Source of the DNA: Anaerolineae bacterium
GTDB taxonomy: Bacteria; Chloroflexota; Anaerolineae; Aggregatilineales; UBA3940
Assembly: GCA_034435375.1 (NCBI GenBank)
Contig: DAOTXR010000073.1
Span: 231,480 to 295,479, forward strand
Direction: 5' to 3'
Length of the DNA: 64,000 nt
The translations under genes were made by a program, and so were the position numbers. Within the stretch, counting starts at the first letter, position 1. Each line of letters opens with the position of its first letter. Shown here one piece after another: positions 58,209 to 64,000 of the stretch. The notes below the pieces were generated by a model. The model did not search any database and was not told where the DNA came from. It was given only the letters and a program-made list of their open reading frames with translations.

Positions 58209-59882
58209 TTACCGGGGCGGACAGCGAATCCCCTCGCCGTCGAAGACAACAAACTCATGGATTGCCTCCCACCGCCCTGCTTCGACCAGCGGCGCTGGCG
58301 CCCCATCGTCGATCACGGCAACAACCTCGTAGCCTGCAATCGTGTCACTGTCTGGCACACACACCGGCAGCAACCCCCAGCCCTGGATGCGGTCGTCGGC
58401 CCAGTCTAATACCCATATCTGCCGGTCGTTCTCCATCATTGCCGTGGGGACAAGCTCTGGCGCAGCCTCTGACCAACGGAGGTAGGCAGGAGACGGCCCC
58501 GGCGGCGGGTCTACGTCGGGATGCGAGACCATCGTGATGTCTCTCCCCTCTGCCAGAGCCATGTAACGAACCGCCCAGCTATAGTAGAACGCGGGCGAGT
58601 TACGGCCCGGCATCAACACCCACGCGCCTGGCTCGGTTTTATCCAATAGCGCCTGGCTGCTCTCAGCAAAAGTGGTATTGTCGCTCTGGTCGACTGCTGG
58701 CAGGTAAGCATACAGGTTGATGGCCAACGCCAGCACCCCTGACCCGGCCAGCGCTGCAAGGTAAGTGTATCCGGACAGGACCCCGCCCTGAATCAGCAGC
58801 AGCCTGTATTGCGGCTGGAGCAATTCCCACACCTGGAGTGCTCCGTATCCGACAAGCGGCGTAGCGATGATATACACCGGGATGAGAAAGTCATGCCAGT
58901 CGGGAATGGCGTAGGCAATGACGAACAGGTACTCAGCCGCCAGGCCCAACACGAACGTCCAGGCCAACTCGGCGCGGCGTTGAAATAGCTCCCATGCGCC
59001 GATGATTCCCAGCGCCAACCCCCACGGCATGAACTGCTGGGCAACCTGACCCAGCGACTCCGGAAGGCGTGCCAGCAGCTCGCGGCGAGGCAGCGCCAAG
59101 ATTTGCGCCCTGAAGGGACCGCCCGTCAGATAGTCGATCAGCCCTGCGGGATCAGTCGCCAGGGACTGCGATGGAATGGGGCAGTAGTTGCAGAAAGGCG
59201 GGTTGGCCGCTGCACGGAGCGGGATGTAGAGGTATTGAAGGGCTGCGACGATCACAATGACGGCAGTGACAGCCAGATGACGTGGGCGCAGCAGCATTGA
59301 GCGGTCCGTGATCTGGACGATGTACAGGAATACCGGCAGCAGCAGGATCATCGACAGGTGATTGCCAAAGCTGAGAGCGTATACAACGACCGCTGACCAG
59401 TACGCGGCAGGGTTGCGCGTTTGGTGCCATGTCACTAACAGGTAGAGCACCAGCGCGACATACAACCCGTTCAACGAATACAGTTCCGCAATGCTGGCCT
59501 GGTACCACACGCGCGGCGCGACAGCCAAGAGCAACGCCGCAAAGCTGCTCGTGACCAGATTTTGTGTCAGGCGATAAGTCAACAGGAAAGTCACCCCGAT
59601 CATCGCCGAGGCGCACAGCGCTGACATCAGGTTGAGAAGGTAGGCCGGGCTGGGGCCAGGGATGGCCGTCATGATCAAGCGCCCCAGCATGAGATACTGA
59701 GGACTGCCCGGTGGGTGGATCACGCCGCCGACCAGTGCTGCAATCTGGAGTTCCATGCTGTCCAACGACGGCCCAACGCCGGGGTGCAATGTCTGCAGAT
59801 AGAGACCCAGCGACAGTAGTCCTACCGCGAATGCTGCCAGTAGCACGATGCGCGACACAGAGGATTGATCAGACTCTGGCAC
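58209..59882 (-). CDS. DUF2723 / TMEM260-like GT-C membrane glycosyltransferase
   Basis: LDSMELQ...HPPGSPQY, AELYSLN, LSFGNHL; multiple TMs; GTG start after GGGAGAG. Confidence 0.8.
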   Translation of the reverse strand: MPESDQSSVSRIVLLAAFAVGLLSLGLYLQTLHPGVGPSLDSMELQIAALVGGVIHPPGSPQYLMLGRLIMTAIPGPSPAYLLNLMSALCASAMIGVTFLLTYRLTQNLVTSSFAALLLAVAPRVWYQASIAELYSLNGLYVALVLYLLVTWHQTRNPAAYWSAVVVYALSFGNHLSMILLLPVFLYIVQITDRSMLLRPRHLAVTAVIVIVAALQYLYIPLRAAANPPFCNYCPIPSQSLATDPAGLIDYLTGGPFRAQILALPRRELLARLPESLGQVAQQFMPWGLALGIIGAWELFQRRAELAWTFVLGLAAEYLFVIAYAIPDWHDFLIPVYIIATPLVGYGALQVWELLQPQYRLLLIQGGVLSGYTYLAALAGSGVLALAINLYAYLPAVDQSDNTTFAESSQALLDKTEPGAWVLMPGRNSPAFYYSWAVRYMALAEGRDITMVSHPDVDPPPGPSPAYLRWSEAAPELVPTAMMENDRQIWVLDWADDRIQGWGLLPVCVPDSDTIAGYEVVAVIDDGAPAPLVEAGRWEAIHEFVVFDGEGIRCPPR

Positions 59883-60141
59883 AGCACTTCTCTCCCGGCC
59901 TGCAGAATAAGGGGTCACCGACGGGGGCAATTGTGCCCCCTGAGCGACAGATCGGCAACTACGCGATCCCGCTTGTCACCTCTTATGGCGTGCTCCTCGC
60001 CGCAACCGCCTTGCTTGCTGTCCGCTTTTTGTCCCATTCTGGACCGATTCGCCCTCTGAAGGCGCGAGCATTTCCTTCAGACTGAGAACAGCCGCCCTGG
60101 GAAGGCAGGCGGCGAGTCTCAGGAGAAAGGAGCGCCAGCCT

Positions 60142-60192
60142 ATGTCAAGCCCCGGTTCCCCCGGCTCTGGAGGGGGAGGCGACCCCGTCTAG
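60142..60192 (+). CDS. Candidate micro-peptide MSSPGSPGSGGGGDPV
   Basis: AAAGGAG RBS 9 nt upstream of the ATG; downstream 15-bp hairpin; below the ORF-track size cut-off. Confidence 0.4.
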   Translation: MSSPGSPGSGGGGDPV

Positions 60193-60219
60193 GGGTCATC
60201 CTGTCCGACCTTCCAGAGA

Positions 60220-60258
60220 ACACAAGGAGAGCAGTCCGGTGGGCTGCTCTCCTTGTGT
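60220..60258. terminator. 15-bp hairpin, probable bidirectional terminator
   Basis: ACACAAGGAGAGCAG-N9-CTGCTCTCCTTGTGT between the micro-ORF and the CHAT gene 3' end. Confidence 0.75.
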
Positions 60259-60323
60259 GATGGAATGCTGATCAGACTGGAGATGGACGTATGCCAGACC
60301 TGGCGCTTTTTCTGTACACCTCG

Positions 60324-63300
60324 TTACGGCCTGCCAAACAGGCTAAAGGGCGCCCAGTAATAGGCTTCCAGACCACTCCGAGCGGCGGTCCGCTGCGCTT
60401 GGGCCAGCGCGGCCAGCGGACTTTCCCCCTGATTGAGTGCAGCGTAAAACTCAGCCATCAGATCGGCGGTCTGTGCGTCGGCAGCCAGCCACAGGCTTGC
60501 TACAACAGCCTGGGCGCCAGTGCTCAGAAAAGCCTGAGCCAGCCCTGAAATCTCGTCTCCATAATGCCAGCGCCCCATCCCACTCTGGCATGCCGATAGC
60601 GTCACCAGCCGTGCTGCCAGCCGCCATTGTGCAATGTCTCCAATTGTCAGGATGCCGGAGCCAATCAGCAGCCCGGTAAAAGCGCCGGTGGCCGGATCGA
60701 CATAGGCGTGGGTAGCCAGGTGCAGCCAGTCATAGCCGAAGAGCCTGCCTTGCGCTCCATCCTCGGCCAGCTTGTTGCAGTCTATTTCAGCAGACAGCAA
60801 CATCCGGATGCGGTTACTCTGCTGTACCACAGCCTCGACTTCCTGCGTGATGTGCGGCAGGTCGGAGTAGCCGGGCATGTCGAAGTGCGTCTGCGCCACC
60901 AACAGCCCCTGTCCTTCCACCGGCGGCGGTGGAGCAGACCGCTCCATCAAGCTGGCCAGCAGACTCAGCGACGGCGTGTACAGCAACCTACTCCGTTCGA
61001 TCAGCGGCGCTTCGTCATCTAGCAGGGCCTGAAATGCCAGTCCATGAAGCTGGTGGGAGGGGACGATGATCAGGGTGTGGTCCGGATGCAGACGAGCGCG
61101 CACGGCGGCGGGTATGAGCAGTCCAAACAGGTCGCGGCGACTGGCCAGGCTGAGGGGGAGGGCATTGCTCTGCACCGAAGAACGGCCCAGGTAGGCGAAC
61201 CGGCGAAATGTATCATCGGGGTTGGTGCACAGACGTAGCGCCGGCTGTGTCCGTCCTTCCAGCGGGATGTGATGCCAATCCAGGCCAGTGGGAGTCAGAG
61301 TGAACAGGAGGAGGCTCCGGCGATGCCAGGCGTAGCGCAGCACAGTCCATGCGCGACCCAGGCAGCGGTTCAGTTGCTCAGTCAGGCGAGCCGCCAGCGT
61401 CTCAAGATCGTGTCCCTCCGGCGGCAAGTAACCCAGCCGAGCGCTGAGCAGTTGAGCGCCTTGTAGCTCAGCGATGATGAATGCCCGCGCCGAGTCCCCC
61501 AACTCGCTGGCGATGTCCAGTGCGCTGTCGTAGGTTGGCTGCCAGGTCCGGGCGAGCTGCCCCGCTTCTTCCTCGCGGTGCAGAGTGCGACGGGCTGCCC
61601 GGACCTGGCTCAGGGCATCTAGGTAGGATTGCAGGGCTTCCTGAGGACGATGCTGTGCATGGGCAACCTTGCCTGACAGAGCGCAATGCCGCCAACGCAG
61701 AATGGGCGGCAGCGAGCCAACCTCCAGGTGGTCCAGCTCCCGGCTGGCCTCATCGCTGCGGCCCAGGTCAGTGTATGCCTCAGCGATGCCGAGCTGGGCT
61801 TCCCAGGCTGCCTCGCGCTGACTCAGAGCTTTGAACTCGCTCAGGCTGGCCTGATACAACTCAAGGGCTGTTGAGGGGTTGCCCTGGCTCATGAACACAT
61901 CGGCGCGGGTTCGCCTGCACAGCGCCACATCGAAGTCAACTCCGGCAGCTTGAGCCTGTTCAGCAGCCCGGTCCAGCAGAGCATGGGCGCGATCAGGCTG
62001 CCCGCGCTGGGCCAGAAGCTGCGCCAACAAGGTCACTGGCTGGGCAGCCAAAGCGCCGGGGCCGAGCTGATCGGCAATTCGAATAGCACTCTCCAGATGT
62101 TCGATGGCTGGCTCCAGGTAGCCGAATGTGGCGTAAGTCTTGCCCAGGTTGTTGTGCGCCGTGGCAAGCAATTCCAGATAACGCTCGCGCTCGAAGACCG
62201 TCCGAGCCTCGTTGATCAAGCGCAGCGATTCGGAGAAGTTCCCTTCACGGCGGGCGACCACGCCCAGATTCAGGGTGCAGGTTGCGCTGAAGATCGGGTC
62301 ACCGACCTGGTTATACAACTCAGCTGCCCGGCGATAACCGGCAGCGGCTGCCTGATAATCGCCCTGCTGCAAGCGGTGGTTGGCAATTGTCAGTTCACTG
62401 TGAGCCAGAGTGGCTTTGAGGTCGAGACGGATCGCCAACAAGCTGATGTGAACCCAGGTCTGGAGATGGCGATCCAGGTTCCCCTGCTGAAACTGGATGG
62501 CTGCGATGTCTGTCAGGCTAAGGAGCTGATAGTATTCGTGCCGGAGCGCCTTTGCCCGGTTGTGAGCGGCCCACGACCAGTGTAGCGCCTGATCTACTTG
62601 ATGGCGCTGAGAGTAGTAGACGCTTCGCACCATCCAGGCAAAACACAGCATAGCCGTCATATCTCTCTGGCTGAAGGTCTCCTCCGCCTGATCTAGCAGC
62701 CCCAGCCCAGCCTCAAGCTCCCCTCGGTACAGCAGGTCACGCGCTTCAATCGACAGCGCGATGGCCCTGTCAGCTGGGAGGTCATGGCTGGCGAAGAACT
62801 GCTTGGCGTCTCGGAGGACGACTTGCGCCTCTGTGCGGCGGGTGTCTGCAAGCAACGAATACACAGCATTCAGCCGACAGCGTTGCGCATTGATTGCGTC
62901 ACCGGAGGCGTCCAACCGGTCGGCGATGCTCATCAGGCGGCTATCGGTGCCACGCAGTCCCATCAGGCGACGTTCGCACAAGACAGCGTGCCATTCGGCC
63001 ACCAGAAGCGACTGTTGGGTATCTAGCTCTGGCAACGCCTCATCGAGACAGTCCCTGGCATCGCGATAGTATCCCCACCAGCACAACGCAATCCCCAGAC
63101 CTGCGACAGCCTGAGCCACCAGAGATGGCTCCTGGCAGCTCCAGGCTGCTTTGAGCGCACCCAGCCCCTGGGCAACGCTCAGCACCGGGTTCTCACGGGC
63201 CAGTTCCAGGGCAGCCGCAGGGAGCATGTGTGGGTTTTGAGATAGGAGCCGGGCGCCATCGGCCTCGGCTGCATCCATGCGATAGGGCAGTACAAGGGTC

Positions 63301-63350
63301 GAGTCAACGGCGTGCAGGCGTTCGTATAGCAGAGAGAGGTCAGCGGGCAT
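60324..63350 (-). CDS. TPR-repeat plus CHAT (caspase-fold) protease (start ATG 63350 or TTG 63389)
   Basis: TPR units such as TLNLGVVARREGNFSESL and HNNLGKTYATFGYLEPAI; CHAT motifs LIIVPSHQLHGL.F.AL, HLATHA (His), LVTLSACQSG (Cys), GLAQAFL..G..AVVASLW, YYWAPFSLFG. Confidence 0.92.
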   Translation of the reverse strand: MPADLSLLYERLHAVDSTLVLPYRMDAAEADGARLLSQNPHMLPAAALELARENPVLSVAQGLGALKAAWSCQEPSLVAQAVAGLGIALCWWGYYRDARDCLDEALPELDTQQSLLVAEWHAVLCERRLMGLRGTDSRLMSIADRLDASGDAINAQRCRLNAVYSLLADTRRTEAQVVLRDAKQFFASHDLPADRAIALSIEARDLLYRGELEAGLGLLDQAEETFSQRDMTAMLCFAWMVRSVYYSQRHQVDQALHWSWAAHNRAKALRHEYYQLLSLTDIAAIQFQQGNLDRHLQTWVHISLLAIRLDLKATLAHSELTIANHRLQQGDYQAAAAGYRRAAELYNQVGDPIFSATCTLNLGVVARREGNFSESLRLINEARTVFERERYLELLATAHNNLGKTYATFGYLEPAIEHLESAIRIADQLGPGALAAQPVTLLAQLLAQRGQPDRAHALLDRAAEQAQAAGVDFDVALCRRTRADVFMSQGNPSTALELYQASLSEFKALSQREAAWEAQLGIAEAYTDLGRSDEASRELDHLEVGSLPPILRWRHCALSGKVAHAQHRPQEALQSYLDALSQVRAARRTLHREEEAGQLARTWQPTYDSALDIASELGDSARAFIIAELQGAQLLSARLGYLPPEGHDLETLAARLTEQLNRCLGRAWTVLRYAWHRRSLLLFTLTPTGLDWHHIPLEGRTQPALRLCTNPDDTFRRFAYLGRSSVQSNALPLSLASRRDLFGLLIPAAVRARLHPDHTLIIVPSHQLHGLAFQALLDDEAPLIERSRLLYTPSLSLLASLMERSAPPPPVEGQGLLVAQTHFDMPGYSDLPHITQEVEAVVQQSNRIRMLLSAEIDCNKLAEDGAQGRLFGYDWLHLATHAYVDPATGAFTGLLIGSGILTIGDIAQWRLAARLVTLSACQSGMGRWHYGDEISGLAQAFLSTGAQAVVASLWLAADAQTADLMAEFYAALNQGESPLAALAQAQRTAARSGLEAYYWAPFSLFGRP

Positions 63351-63363
63351 GGATGTGAGGCTT

Positions 63364-64000
63364 CTACGTTTGGGCGTTATCTGTCTCAAGTGTCAGGTGG
63401 ATACGCTCCACACGGTCGTCCTGGTCGAACCGCACATTCTCGAAGCTCATGCGCCCATCCTGCACCTGAGCATGATACATGTGGCTGCCGATGAAAAGAC
63501 GCGCGTGGACAGTTGGAGGCAGCGAATCGGCGTAGAGATCGCCGGTGATAGTGTATTGGCCGGCTTCATCCTCCCCGTGCAGTGTCAGCATCACCAGCAC
63601 CGGGTCTTCACCGAGCAGAATTGTGTCGTAGAGCAGCAGACGGCCTCCGGGCTGGATCGGGCCAAAGCCACGCGCGGCCCTGACCTGGATCGGCTCTGCT
63701 ACCCTGCTGATGGGCAGCACGATGTGAGCCTGGAACATCTGACCGTTGCTGCCTGGCGCTACTATGTACTGGACTTGGTCAGGGTGTCGAAGGAACTGCA
63801 ACGTGTCAGCGGGAATGAGTTTGCTCTCGCCGAGGTCGTCTGCGCGCAGAAGGTCGGCGAGCAACGCCTGGCAGACCAGACACTGTCCCAGATGAAACGC
63901 CACCTGAGGATACATGGTCGCAGCGTCGCGGTGGGCCTGAAGCAAGTCGGCATAACGAGGCAGAAGCTCGACGTACAGCCAGTGATCTTCAAAACCAGTG
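63364..64000 (-). CDS. Zinc anti-sigma (ZAS)-like protein with C-terminal beta-rich domain, N-terminus beyond the window edge
   Basis: The frame is open to the edge: ...ELLPRYADLLQAHRDAATMYPQVAFHLGQCLVCQALL (HxxxCxxC), followed by a beta-strand-rich region with no TM. Confidence 0.7.
   Translation of the reverse strand, partial: TGFEDHWLYVELLPRYADLLQAHRDAATMYPQVAFHLGQCLVCQALLADLLRADDLGESKLIPADTLQFLRHPDQVQYIVAPGSNGQMFQAHIVLPISRVAEPIQVRAARGFGPIQPGGRLLLYDTILLGEDPVLVMLTLHGEDEAGQYTITGDLYADSLPPTVHARLFIGSHMYHAQVQDGRMSFENVRFDQDDRVERIHLTLETDNAQT

Noticed and set aside
60100-60130. GAGTCTCAGG resembles the glycine riboswitch CUCUCAGG motif
   Set aside because: Other conserved elements (GGAGA, CCGAAG) are absent and no glycine-related gene follows.
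60291-60548. 85-aa plus-strand ORF with a plausible GGAG RBS
   Set aside because: About 225 nt overlap antisense with the conserved CHAT C-terminus, no recognisable motif, and it lies just downstream of a terminator-like hairpin.
1-64000. tRNA, rRNA, tmRNA, RNase P RNA, transposases, integrases
   Set aside because: No T-loop/acceptor-stem cloverleaf, hallmark RNA motifs or DDE/Tyr/Ser recombinase ORFs were found by eye.

Overview
High-GC bacterial chromosome segment. Gene content, promoter motifs and a GAAC-N4-GTTC LexA box point to Chloroflexota, probably Anaerolineae (inference, no database search). Left to right: a partial FabH-like gene lacking the catalytic Cys; an alpha/beta hydrolase, winged-helix protein, tandem class III nucleotidyl cyclase and NTT/TLC-like transporter cluster; uppP; an ATP-grasp-like gene; a PHO-box-preceded pstSCAB-arsC operon; an NSAR/OSBS plus GNAT pair; fmt; a YfiT/DinB protein; a membrane-tethered LuxR-type regulator; a minus-strand redox operon (fused NuoEF-like diaphorase, AOR-family oxidoreductase, FdhD, Fe-S subunit, hypothetical protein, Cys-type FDH alpha); amidase, thioesterase, HEAT protein, a candidate small RNA and a SAM-fold protein; a response regulator/ParA, sirtuin, GAF kinase operon; an OmpR-type regulator; an orphan hypE; a complete nuoA-N operon interrupted by a LapA-like gene and a GNAT gene; an MFS exporter; an SOS-boxed, apparently leaderless radical SAM/HhH gene; an ABC exporter; a DUF2723 GT-C-like membrane protein; a 16-codon ORF with a strong RBS; and a catalytically intact TPR-CHAT protease directly downstream of a zinc anti-sigma-like protein cut by the window edge. 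The best candidate for a novel system is the anti-sigma/TPR-CHAT module with the adjacent micro-peptide. No tRNA, rRNA, CRISPR array or transposase could be supported.
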